Shown in pieces: positions 18,732-27,144 of a DNA stretch of 32,632 bases; position 1 is the first letter of the stretch; each line of letters starts with the position of its first letter. Location of the stretch: IMG/VR virus record IMGVR_UViG_3300017766_000824, positions 1-32,632 of that record, one strand, 5' to 3'. The translations under genes were made by a program, and so were the position numbers. The notes beneath the pieces are model-generated. The model was given only the letters and a program-made list of their open reading frames with translations. It was not told the origin of the DNA and ran no database searches. This DNA comes from a virus (taxonomy: Duplodnaviria; Caudoviricetes).

Positions 18732-19271
18732 ATGGCAAAAAATCATTACATCAATAACAAAGATTTCCTCAAGGAAATGATCAAGTATAGAACATCCATT
18801 CGCAAAGCGAAAAGACTCGGTCAACCTAAACCACAGATTCCTCGCTATGTTGCTGAGTGTTTTATGAAGATCGCTGAGAATCTTTCACATAAACCAAATT
18901 TTTTATCATACACGTTTAGAGATGAAATGATTGCTGATGCAATTGAAAATTGTGTGATGTATGTTGACAATTTTGATCCAGCAAAATCAAGCAATCCATT
19001 TGCCTATTTCACGCAAATAGTATATTATGCATTCTTACGCCGCATTCAAAAAGAAAAGAAGCAATTATATGTTAAGTACAAGTCTACAGAAACTGCTGGA
19101 ATCCTCGACGAGTACGAACTCAACGAAAATGAGGATGGAACTTTTAGACAGTTTGAGTTATACGAAAACATTTCAGAATTTATCGTCAACTACGAAAATG
19201 CTCGGAAACAGAAGAAAACAAAACGTGAAGGATTGGAGAAGTTTGTAGATGAAGATAGCAATCCTGGGTGA
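18732..19271 (+). CDS. gp55: Late-transcription sigma factor gp55
   Basis: HYINNKDF, IAENLSHKPNF..YTFRDEMIADAIENC and NPFAYFTQI.YYAFLRRIQKEKKQ motifs; start placed at ATG 18732. Confidence 0.96.
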   Translation: MAKNHYINNKDFLKEMIKYRTSIRKAKRLGQPKPQIPRYVAECFMKIAENLSHKPNFLSYTFRDEMIADAIENCVMYVDNFDPAKSSNPFAYFTQIVYYAFLRRIQKEKKQLYVKYKSTETAGILDEYELNENEDGTFRQFELYENISEFIVNYENARKQKKTKREGLEKFVDEDSNPG

Positions 19272-20304
19272 TACTCACTTTGGTATGAGGGGCGATTCAA
19301 TTGCCTTCCATAATCATTATCGTGAGTTCTATACAAAAACATTTTTTCCCTATTTGGTGCAAAATGGAATTACCACCATCTTTCAGTTGGGTGACATATT
19401 TGATCGCCGCAAGTATATCTCTTTTCAGTCTCTTGCTCTTTGCCGCCGTTACTTTTTTGATAAACTTGTAGAGCATAATATACAATGCCATGTATTACTT
19501 GGCAATCATGATATATTTTTCAAGAACACTCTCGAAGTCAACTCACCTGATCTATTGTTAAGAGATTATAAAGATCATGTGATTCTTTATGACAAGCCAT
19601 CCGAATGGATGGGAGTTGATGTCATACCTTGGATTTGTAAAGAAAATGAACTCGAAATTCTAGACTTTATCAAGCGCAGCGCAAACCAACTCTGTTTTGG
19701 TCACTTTGAACTTGCTGGCTTTGAGATGGATCGTGGTAACATCTGTCATGAAGGTATGGACCCAAGTGTTTTAAACAAATATGATCTTGTTCTTTCTGGT
19801 CATTTTCATCACAAGAGCAAAAGCGGCAGTATTGTATACGTTGGCACTCCTGGCGAAATGACTTGGTCTGATTATAATGATGAGCGTGGGTTTCATGTTC
19901 TAGATACTGAAACACGTGAACTGGCGTTCGTCCCAAATCCAGAAAGGATGTTCTTCAAGATTAAATACAACGACGACCAGATGTATTATAACGACATTAT
20001 CAACGCGGACTATTCATACTTGAATGGAAAGTTTCTTAAGATTGTTGTAGAAAAACGAAATAATTCATTCTTGTTCGACACCTTGATTGATACAATCACA
20101 AAGGTTGCTCCACTAGAAGTTGCAGTTGTTGAAGACTTCTCAGAGATTACTGAAAACGTTGAAGTTGATATAGACCAAGCAGAAGATACAATAACAATTT
20201 TAAACAAGTATGTTGATGGATTGACATTACCAGTAGAATCAGATAAAATAAAAACGGTATTGCGAGATGTTTACAATCAAGCGTTGTCTATGGAGACCGT
20301 GTGA
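19249..20304 (+). CDS. gp47: Recombination nuclease gp47 (Mre11/SbcD-like)
   Basis: Metallophosphoesterase motifs GDTHFG, LGDIFDRR, LGNHD, GHFE and SGHFH. Confidence 0.96.
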   Translation: MKIAILGDTHFGMRGDSIAFHNHYREFYTKTFFPYLVQNGITTIFQLGDIFDRRKYISFQSLALCRRYFFDKLVEHNIQCHVLLGNHDIFFKNTLEVNSPDLLLRDYKDHVILYDKPSEWMGVDVIPWICKENELEILDFIKRSANQLCFGHFELAGFEMDRGNICHEGMDPSVLNKYDLVLSGHFHHKSKSGSIVYVGTPGEMTWSDYNDERGFHVLDTETRELAFVPNPERMFFKIKYNDDQMYYNDIINADYSYLNGKFLKIVVEKRNNSFLFDTLIDTITKVAPLEVAVVEDFSEITENVEVDIDQAEDTITILNKYVDGLTLPVESDKIKTVLRDVYNQALSMETV

Positions 20305-22010
20305 TATTATTTTCTAAAGTTCGATACAAGAACTTTCTTTCAACTGGTAATGTGTTCACCGAGATTGATCTTGGTGGGCATTCAACTACGCTCATTGTCG
20401 GCGAGAATGGCGCTGGCAAGTCTACGTTTCTTGACGCAATCACATTCTCGCTGTTCGGTAAACCATTCCGTAATATCAATAAGCCGCAACTTGTTAACTC
20501 AATTAACGAAAAAGACTGTGTTGTTGAAATTGAATTTCAAATCGGTAAGATTAATTACAAAGTTGTTCGCGGAATCAAACCAAACGTTTTTGAAATCTAC
20601 ATGAATGGCGATCTGCTCAATCAAGACGCCAAAGCAAAAGATTATCAAGATTATCTTGAGAAAGTAATTCTCAAGATGAACTACAAGTCATTCACACAGA
20701 TTGTAATTTTGGGCTCAACAAACTTCACTCCGTTCATGCAGTTGTCAGCAGCGGACCGTAGAACTGTCATTGAAGATCTGCTCGATATTCAAATCTTTTC
20801 TTCAATGAATGTAATTGTGAAGAATAAACTGCATGGGTTAAAAGACGAAGCCGCACAACTCAAGATTCAAATTGATAACACAAAAGATAAAATCGAATTA
20901 CACAAGAAACATCTAGATGAACTCAAGAAAAATACAAAAGAAATTGTCGATGCAAAGAAAAAAGAGTTTGAAGAAAATAGCACAACATTGAAAAACCTTG
21001 CTGTAGAGTTAACAAATAAAGAAAGTCAGATTGAATCAATAGTTCTCAGCATTTCCGACGAAGAAACAAGCACAAAGAAGTTTAATAAACTCAATCAACT
21101 TGAAGCCAAGATCGAAGGGAATATTCAGAAACTCGAGAAAGACATCGAGTTTTATTCTGTAAATTCGACTTGTCCAACCTGCGATCAGGCTATCAATAAC
21201 AAAGAAGAAAAAGTCCACACGTGCAATAGTAAAATTACAGAACTCGCAGAAGGTCTAAACAAACTGAAGGAAGAGAGTGATGCCGTTCTACAGCGAATCA
21301 ATACCATCAAAGCAACACAAAAAGAGCTCAAGGCTCTGGAACAAGATCTTGTTCGTATTACGACCCACCGTAAACAAATTCGCTCATATATCGCAAAACT
21401 TCAAGAAGAAATTGATGTAATTGAAAGCAAACCAGCCATGAGCGATGAGTTTAAGGCACAATCAAAACAATTATTAAACGCACTACAAGCATACAACGAT
21501 AAAAGAAAAGAAGTATCTGAACAAACACAAAACTACGATATTGTCGCGCAGTTGCTTAAAGATGGCGGGATTAAGTCGAAAATCATTAAGCAGTATGTAC
21601 CAATTATAAACAAGTTGGTAAACAAATACTTGGCTGCGATGGACTTCTTTGTCAATTTTAATATTGATGAGGAGTTCAAGGAGACCATCAAGTCTCGTCA
21701 CCGAGATGATTTCAGTTATGAAAACTTCTCAGAAGGTGAAAAGAAGCGTATTGACCTAGCACTCTTGTTCACTTGGAGGTCGGTCGCCAAGTTGAAGAAC
21801 AGTGTCAATACAAATCTGCTCATCTTCGACGAGGTCTTTGATGGTTCTCTTGACATTAATGGTACTGAAGAATTTATGAAGTTGATAAATATGATGAATG
21901 AAGGTACAAACATCTTCGTGATTACACACAAGTCTGATCAAATGGTTGATAAGTTTAAGCATACAATACGATTCGGGAAGGTCAAGAACTTCTCGCAGAT
22001 GGTGAATTAA
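20301..22010 (+). CDS. gp46: Recombination ATPase gp46 (Rad50/SbcC-like)
   Basis: GENGAGKST, zinc hook CPTC, coiled coils, FSEGEK signature, LIFDEVFD and ITH motifs. Confidence 0.97.
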   Translation: MILFSKVRYKNFLSTGNVFTEIDLGGHSTTLIVGENGAGKSTFLDAITFSLFGKPFRNINKPQLVNSINEKDCVVEIEFQIGKINYKVVRGIKPNVFEIYMNGDLLNQDAKAKDYQDYLEKVILKMNYKSFTQIVILGSTNFTPFMQLSAADRRTVIEDLLDIQIFSSMNVIVKNKLHGLKDEAAQLKIQIDNTKDKIELHKKHLDELKKNTKEIVDAKKKEFEENSTTLKNLAVELTNKESQIESIVLSISDEETSTKKFNKLNQLEAKIEGNIQKLEKDIEFYSVNSTCPTCDQAINNKEEKVHTCNSKITELAEGLNKLKEESDAVLQRINTIKATQKELKALEQDLVRITTHRKQIRSYIAKLQEEIDVIESKPAMSDEFKAQSKQLLNALQAYNDKRKEVSEQTQNYDIVAQLLKDGGIKSKIIKQYVPIINKLVNKYLAAMDFFVNFNIDEEFKETIKSRHRDDFSYENFSEGEKKRIDLALLFTWRSVAKLKNSVNTNLLIFDEVFDGSLDINGTEEFMKLINMMNEGTNIFVITHKSDQMVDKFKHTIRFGKVKNFSQMVN

Positions 22011-22011
22011 C

Positions 22012-22578
22012 ATGACTAAAATGGTAAAATATGTAGATGGTGATCTGATTGAATATGAAGATTTAAAGTTGGTGGATTTTTATGATCCAATTTTACGCAA
22101 GCCAACAATACCTTTTGACTTCAGTCAACCTAACTGCGCAAAAAAAGTTGAATATTATGCATATTCATTGTCTGCGGCGTTAAGTAAATTTGGTGGTTTA
22201 GGATTGTCTGCTAATCAATGTGGACTATCTGATCGTGTTTGTGTTGTCAATATGGGCAATGAAGCATGGGTCATGTTCAATCCAGAATTAATAGAAACAT
22301 CATCAGAACCATCAGAATATATTGAAGGATGTTTGAGTTATCCAGGATTGTATTTGAAATTGAACCGAGCAAATCATATAAAGGTCAAATTTCAAGCGAT
22401 GGGTGGGCAATTCGTTGAAAAAGAATTTGATGGATTGACTGCGGTTTGTGTTCAACATGAACTTGACCATTTAGATGGAAAGGTATATACTGATATGGTC
22501 AGCCCAATTAAATTGGAAAAAGCCAAGAGGAAAGTCAAAACCAATTTGAAGAAGATGCAAAAAATAAGCGCAAAATGA
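22012..22578 (+). CDS. def: Peptide deformylase
   Basis: All three PDF motifs are present: GLGLSANQCG, EGCLSYPG and QHELDHLDG. Confidence 0.95.
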   Translation: MTKMVKYVDGDLIEYEDLKLVDFYDPILRKPTIPFDFSQPNCAKKVEYYAYSLSAALSKFGGLGLSANQCGLSDRVCVVNMGNEAWVMFNPELIETSSEPSEYIEGCLSYPGLYLKLNRANHIKVKFQAMGGQFVEKEFDGLTAVCVQHELDHLDGKVYTDMVSPIKLEKAKRKVKTNLKKMQKISAK

Positions 22579-22595
22579 GTTCCTGCAACGGTAGT

Positions 22596-22660
22596 TGCGT
22601 AAGTTATTGATTTTATTAGAGTTTTTATCGCTTTACTTCCAGACTACATTATAGGATAAT
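22596..22660 (+). promoter_or_regulatory. Early sigma70-like promoter with upstream IHF-consensus box; predicted leaderless mRNA
   Basis: TGCGTAAGTTATTGATTT (22596-613), TTTACT (22632-37), 17-bp spacer, GATAAT (22655-60); ATG 6 nt downstream with no SD. Confidence 0.7.
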
Positions 22661-22666
22661 GGTTGT

Positions 22667-24943
22667 ATGAAAGTAAATATTCAGAACTCTAAGAGTATTC
22701 TAGCCAAACTCTTGGCAGCAGAAAATATCACGGTCTCGCATCAAAACACGCAGACTGCATACTTCGACCTCAAGACTCGCACTCTTGTCTGTCCTGTCTG
22801 GAAAGACATGGACGGTCATTTGTATGACTTGCTCATGGGTCACGAAGTCGGTCATGCGCTCAATACTCCAGAACAGGGATGGCATTCTGCCATTCACGAC
22901 GAGAACGGTAATCGTCTTGGCAAGTTCAAGGATTTCTTGAACGTCATTGAAGATGCACGTATTGAGAAACAGGTCAAGCGCAAGTTTCCTGGGCTCGCCA
23001 AGTCTTTCACTGCAGCATACAAAGACTTGTATGACCGCGATTTCTTCGGCGTCAAGAACATCGATGTCAACAAACTCAATCTGATTGACCGTATCAACAT
23101 TCGTTGTAAGATGGGCGCGCATATTCCTGTTGCGTTCAATGATGATGAACGCCAGTTCTTGGCTGATATTGATACAGCCGAGACTTGGGATCAGGTTGTT
23201 GATATTGCGCGTCGTGTGTTTGCGTATAGCAAGCAACAAAAGGAAGAGCAGAAGTCGCAGATTAACAACATGCAAGACTTGCGTGATGAGATTCAAGAGC
23301 AACGCGAACAGGAAAAATCTGAATCGCAAGACTTCAATAACGATGAAGATGAAGACTCAGAAAGTAAAGATGAATCTGACTTGGATGAACAGTCTGATGA
23401 TTCTGACAGCGAGGATTCAGATGCCTCTGATTCTTCTGAAGAGTCAGAAGATGATTCGCAGAGTGAAAATAGTCATGGCAGAGAGCAGGATGAGCAGACA
23501 GAGGAAAACGATGACCTCGAGTCTGTAACCGATCGCACATTTCGTCAGCGCGAGCAGGAACTGATCAATCAGACTGGTGAAGTCTTTATGATTGAGTTGC
23601 CTGAAGCCAATCTCTCAAAGATCATTCTCCAAAACAAAGTTGTAATGGATGATCTTGAGAATTTTATTCGTCAGCGAGTTGCTGACCCTGATCGTCCATA
23701 TGGTCGCAACAAAGTTTCTTACGATGCTGTTGCTGCCAAGTGTGTGCGCAAGTTTAACACGAACAACAAAAAGTTTATCATGCATATTCTCAAGGAATTT
23801 GAGATGCGCAAGAAGGCATCAGATTATGCTCGTGTTCAGACTGCCAAGACTGGCGAACTGAATCTGAATGTGTTGCACAACTACAAGTTCACCAATGACT
23901 TGTTCAAGAAAATCTCTGTAGTGCCGAAGGGCAAGAGCCACGGCATGATCATGTATGTTGATATGTCTGGTTCAATGACTGATATTCTGCGCAATACAAT
24001 TGAGCAGTGCCTCGTGCTAGTTTCTTTCTGTCGTCTTGCCAAGATTCCGTTCGATGTGTATGGCTTCAGCAATGACTGGTATAAGTCGAGTGGTCCGCAA
24101 GTTAGCAATCGAGAGAAATTTACACAGTCATTTACCAATAAAGATGCTATCGGTCGTGTTGATGAGTGTAACTTTCATCTCAAACATCTGATTGGTTCGA
24201 CTTTATCTTCTGTTGATTATCGCCGTTCGTTCGCCAATCTTTGTATTGTTGCGAATGAATATTGTCGTGGTTATCATCATAGTGTTAATACTCGAGATGA
24301 TAACGATCATGGTTCTTTTCACTATGATTGGGCTGATGCTGGTTTTGGTTTGCATGGTACTCCTTTCCAGCAGACTCTCCTCGCATCGCGTGAAATGATT
24401 AAGAAGTTCCAAACCAATCACAAATTAGATGTTGTGAATGTCGTCTATCTGACTGATGGTGAAGGTAACGAAGGTCTTATTCTACCCTACAGCCGCAAGG
24501 GTGTTATATACTTGATTGACAAGAAGACCAAAAAGAAGATTCGTGTCGATTATAATGTACAGGCTGCTCTCACGCAATTGGTTCGTGATGTAACTGGTTG
24601 CAAACATCTTGGTTTCTTTCTTGCGAACAAGAGTGATGTGTCTCGCCTTTGTCATGAACTTGAGATGGAAAAAAAGATGAGCGTCCAAGAGACTCGCGAA
24701 CTCAAGAAACAGTTTCGTGAAGAAAAGTTTTTTGCGATTCAAAATCTTGGTTATGATCAATACTTCTACATTCAGTCCGCGAATGGTGCGATCGCTGAAG
24801 ATAAAATGCAACTTGATTCAACTATGACCAAGAGTAAGATGGCGAATGCGTTCTCCAAGTCTGTAAACAGCAAGAAGTCGAATCGTGCTCTTGTCACTCA
24901 GTTCGCCGAGGAAATCTCGGCGAGTTTGAAGTGGGCTGCGTAA
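22667..24943 (+). CDS. CobT-like protein: N-terminal HExxH metallopeptidase-like domain, acidic linker and C-terminal vWA (MIDAS) domain
   Basis: GHEVGHAL.TP and NVIEDARIE motifs, D/E/S-rich linker, MIDAS DMSGSM, GTP and LTDGEG; partner of the downstream AAA+. Confidence 0.85.
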   Translation: MKVNIQNSKSILAKLLAAENITVSHQNTQTAYFDLKTRTLVCPVWKDMDGHLYDLLMGHEVGHALNTPEQGWHSAIHDENGNRLGKFKDFLNVIEDARIEKQVKRKFPGLAKSFTAAYKDLYDRDFFGVKNIDVNKLNLIDRINIRCKMGAHIPVAFNDDERQFLADIDTAETWDQVVDIARRVFAYSKQQKEEQKSQINNMQDLRDEIQEQREQEKSESQDFNNDEDEDSESKDESDLDEQSDDSDSEDSDASDSSEESEDDSQSENSHGREQDEQTEENDDLESVTDRTFRQREQELINQTGEVFMIELPEANLSKIILQNKVVMDDLENFIRQRVADPDRPYGRNKVSYDAVAAKCVRKFNTNNKKFIMHILKEFEMRKKASDYARVQTAKTGELNLNVLHNYKFTNDLFKKISVVPKGKSHGMIMYVDMSGSMTDILRNTIEQCLVLVSFCRLAKIPFDVYGFSNDWYKSSGPQVSNREKFTQSFTNKDAIGRVDECNFHLKHLIGSTLSSVDYRRSFANLCIVANEYCRGYHHSVNTRDDNDHGSFHYDWADAGFGLHGTPFQQTLLASREMIKKFQTNHKLDVVNVVYLTDGEGNEGLILPYSRKGVIYLIDKKTKKKIRVDYNVQAALTQLVRDVTGCKHLGFFLANKSDVSRLCHELEMEKKMSVQETRELKKQFREEKFFAIQNLGYDQYFYIQSANGAIAEDKMQLDSTMTKSKMANAFSKSVNSKKSNRALVTQFAEEISASLKWAA

Positions 24944-25001
24944 GTTATTGATTTATAAAGGGAATTTTCCCCTTTACTTTCGAGCGTTTTCGAGCGATAA
25001 T
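24937..25001 (+). promoter_or_regulatory. Second early promoter with the same IHF-consensus box; predicted leaderless mRNA
   Basis: TGCGTAAGTTATTGATTT (24937-954), TTTACT (24973-78), 17-bp spacer, GATAAT (24996-25001); ATG 6 nt downstream at 25008. Confidence 0.7.
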
Positions 25002-25007
25002 AGTCTT

Positions 25008-25199
25008 ATGATGAATGAAATTAAGTTTCCTAGTGACCTTGAAACGGTGGCGCGACTTCAGTTTACTGAATGCGCTGATGGTGTTCTTCGTGCTCAATCG
25101 CCTAACTGGGCGTTTGAGATTGAGGTTGTTGGTGATGAAGTCCGCTTCATTCCCGCTGACGGTCTCAATGTTGAACGTTTCCGTTTGGTTCCCGTCTAA
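25008..25199 (+). CDS. Small hypothetical early protein (63 aa)
   Basis: ATG sits at the predicted +1 of the promoter; codon style matches neighbours; fills the gap between vWA and AAA+ genes. Confidence 0.6.
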   Translation: MMNEIKFPSDLETVARLQFTECADGVLRAQSPNWAFEIEVVGDEVRFIPADGLNVERFRLVPV

Positions 25200-25229
25200 T
25201 TTTGTAATGTAACAGTGAGTGATATTGAA

Positions 25230-26603
25230 ATGAGAAAGTCATTTTACAGTGATCCGAAAAAGCAATTCAACTTCCTTGAGAAGATTTACAATCATTTCGA
25301 CAAGGAAACTATCACGCTGAAGGAACTCAATTCCTTCTGCGATAACAAGAAGAACGGTGTGGAAAATTTTCCATACTTCATTCTTCGTGAGCGCAAGGTT
25401 GCGCGAAATACATTTAATATCACGCCGAAGAATCTCGGTGATGCGAGTTCTGTTGCTGTCTCCCAGCAACCTCCGCTGTCTGCTGTTGCGATGGCTCCCG
25501 TTGCGCAGGTTGTAAATCTTGCGTCTCGTCGTGCGCAGAATGTGACTGAATCTTTTGTGCCGCAAAAGAATGGCACCTATGTTCCGTTCGGATTCTACAA
25601 CGATCTGAAGAACATTATCAGTTCGCGAATCTTCTACCCTATCTACATCACTGGTCTTTCTGGTAATGGCAAGACCATGATGATTGAGCAGGTGTGTGCT
25701 GCGCTCAAGCGTGAGTTGGTTCGTGTGAATATCACCAAGCGCACCGATGAGTCTGATCTCATTGGTTCATATGAGTTGATTGACGGCAGCACTGTTCGTC
25801 GCGAAGGTCCAGTGCTGACTGCGATGCGTCGTGGTGCTGTGCTTTTGCTCGATGAGTGTGACCTTGGTACCGAGGATATCCTCTGCCTTCAGCCGATTCT
25901 TGAGGGCAAGCCATACTTCGACAAGAAGACTGGTGAGGTTGTGCATCCTGCCGCTGGCTTCACGGTGCTTGCGACTGCAAATACCAAGGGCAAGGGCAGC
26001 GACGATGGTCGATTCATCGGCACGAATATCCTCAACGAGGCATTCCTCGAGCGTTTCGCTGTGACTGTTGAGCAAGAGTATCCTCCTGCGAATACTGAAC
26101 GCAAGATTCTTGAAAAGAATTTTGCCGAGTTGAACATCAACGACAGTGTGTTCATCGAGCGACTCATTACTTGGGCTGAGATTATTCGCAAGTCTTATGC
26201 GGATGGTGCGGTCGATGAGATTATCTCGACTCGTCGTCTTGTGCATATCAGCAAGGCATTCTCTATCTTCAACAATCGTCTGAAAGCAATTGAGATGTGC
26301 TTGAACCGATTCGACACTGACACCAAGACTGCGTTCTTGGATCTGTACACGAAGGTTGATGCGGATGCGACTGCTCCAGTTGAACCGAAAAATGATGTTC
26401 AGGTGGAAACGATCAATGATCCGATCGGCGGCAATCTCACCGTTCGCGTGACCAAGAATGGTCAAACGAAAGAAATGGTGCTGACTCCAATGGATATGGT
26501 AGAGCACCAGGGTCAAGCACTGACTGAGCAGCAGGTTATTGACCGCGTCGCCAAGACTTTGATTATTGCTCTTGATCGTGAAGCAAATGAAATGCCGTTC
26601 TAA
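25230..26603 (+). CDS. cobS: MoxR-family AAA+ ATPase (phage CobS-like)
   Basis: Walker A GLSGNGKT, Walker B LLLDE, TANTKGKGSDDGRFIGTNILNEAFLERF and ISTRRLVHI motifs. Start is ATG 25230 or GTG 25215. Confidence 0.92.
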   Translation: MRKSFYSDPKKQFNFLEKIYNHFDKETITLKELNSFCDNKKNGVENFPYFILRERKVARNTFNITPKNLGDASSVAVSQQPPLSAVAMAPVAQVVNLASRRAQNVTESFVPQKNGTYVPFGFYNDLKNIISSRIFYPIYITGLSGNGKTMMIEQVCAALKRELVRVNITKRTDESDLIGSYELIDGSTVRREGPVLTAMRRGAVLLLDECDLGTEDILCLQPILEGKPYFDKKTGEVVHPAAGFTVLATANTKGKGSDDGRFIGTNILNEAFLERFAVTVEQEYPPANTERKILEKNFAELNINDSVFIERLITWAEIIRKSYADGAVDEIISTRRLVHISKAFSIFNNRLKAIEMCLNRFDTDTKTAFLDLYTKVDADATAPVEPKNDVQVETINDPIGGNLTVRVTKNGQTKEMVLTPMDMVEHQGQALTEQQVIDRVAKTLIIALDREANEMPF

Positions 26604-26612
26604 TCCCAAGAG

Positions 26613-26641
26613 TTTACTTTTGCCATTTGTTAGTATATAAT
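26613..26641 (+). promoter_or_regulatory. sigma70-like early promoter
   Basis: TTTACT (26613-18), 17-bp spacer, TATAAT (26636-41). Confidence 0.7.
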
Positions 26642-26712
26642 AAATGGTATATCGCAAGGCAAGCCCCAACTCTGCGATATTATTGAAGGGGTATTTTTGT
26701 GAAGGTAATTTT

Positions 26713-27009
26713 ATGTCTAATGCTCTTGATTCGTTTGTTACTTATCTTGCTCGCGGCAACACCGTGACTTCGCGCCAAGTTCGCTCGATGTTCAAGGTTG
26801 ATAACGCTGCTGATCTTGCTTATCGCGCTCGCAATGAGGGTATCTCGGTTTACACGAACCGCGTCACTCTCAGCGATGGCACCAAGACTTTCGCTTATCG
26901 TCTTGGCAATCCTTCGCGCCAGTTCGAGAAGTATCTCGACCAGGGTCAGATTGCTCGTGCTCGCAAGACCCTCTACCGTAACGCTATCAGCGTCACGATG
27001 AATGGCTAA
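26713..27009 (+). CDS. Small winged-helix-like DNA-binding protein
   Basis: L..G.TVT..Q..SMF.V.N....Y..R.EG..VYTN...YRLG.P pattern of small T4-like wHTH proteins; SD-like GAAGGT before ATG 26713. Confidence 0.65.
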   Translation: MSNALDSFVTYLARGNTVTSRQVRSMFKVDNAADLAYRARNEGISVYTNRVTLSDGTKTFAYRLGNPSRQFEKYLDQGQIARARKTLYRNAISVTMNG

Positions 27010-27038
27010 TCTGCCGTTTCTCAAAAACTAAAAAAGTT

Positions 27039-27071
27039 CTGTGGGGGTGCAATGCCCCCACAGTTTCATTT
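27039..27071 (+). terminator. Rho-independent terminator ending the early module
   Basis: CTGTGGGGG-TGCAATG-CCCCCACAG 9-bp stem followed by TTTCATTT; an upstream A-run suggests it may be bidirectional. Confidence 0.85.
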
Positions 27072-27092
27072 GCTTTTCGGAAAGTACTGAGG

Positions 27093-27121
27093 TTGACAAT
27101 TAAAAAATCCACATATATAAT
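27093..27121 (+). promoter_or_regulatory. Perfect consensus sigma70 promoter for the DNA-modification cluster
   Basis: TTGACA (27093-98), 17-bp spacer, TATAAT (27116-21); SD GGAGG at 27132-36. Confidence 0.85.
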
Positions 27122-27144
27122 CACATATACTGGAGGAAAATTTT

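Noticed and set aside
22584-22599. Hairpin GCAAC-GGTA-GTTGC after def as a terminator
   Set aside because: Short stem with no proper U-tract; possible but not supportable.
22700-23329. 209-aa minus-strand ORF and other short alternative-frame ORFs across the window
   Set aside because: Fully overlap well-supported + strand genes; sequences are explained by the sense gene's codon pattern.
24948-25007. TTG-start extension of the small ORF
   Set aside because: Lies within the promoter and upstream of the predicted TSS.
22667-26603. Cobalamin biosynthesis as the function of the cobS/cobT-like pair
   Set aside because: No cobN or other cob genes in the window; domain content fits a generic MoxR-vWA chaperone system.
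25767-26669. 300-aa minus-strand ORF
   Set aside because: Antisense shadow of the CobS-like gene in a codon-biased region; no motifs or ribosome-binding site.
26644-26712. ORF-track N-terminal extension of the wHTH gene
   Set aside because: ATG 26644 lies 2 nt after the -10 box, upstream of the predicted TSS; ATG 26713 has an SD-like sequence.
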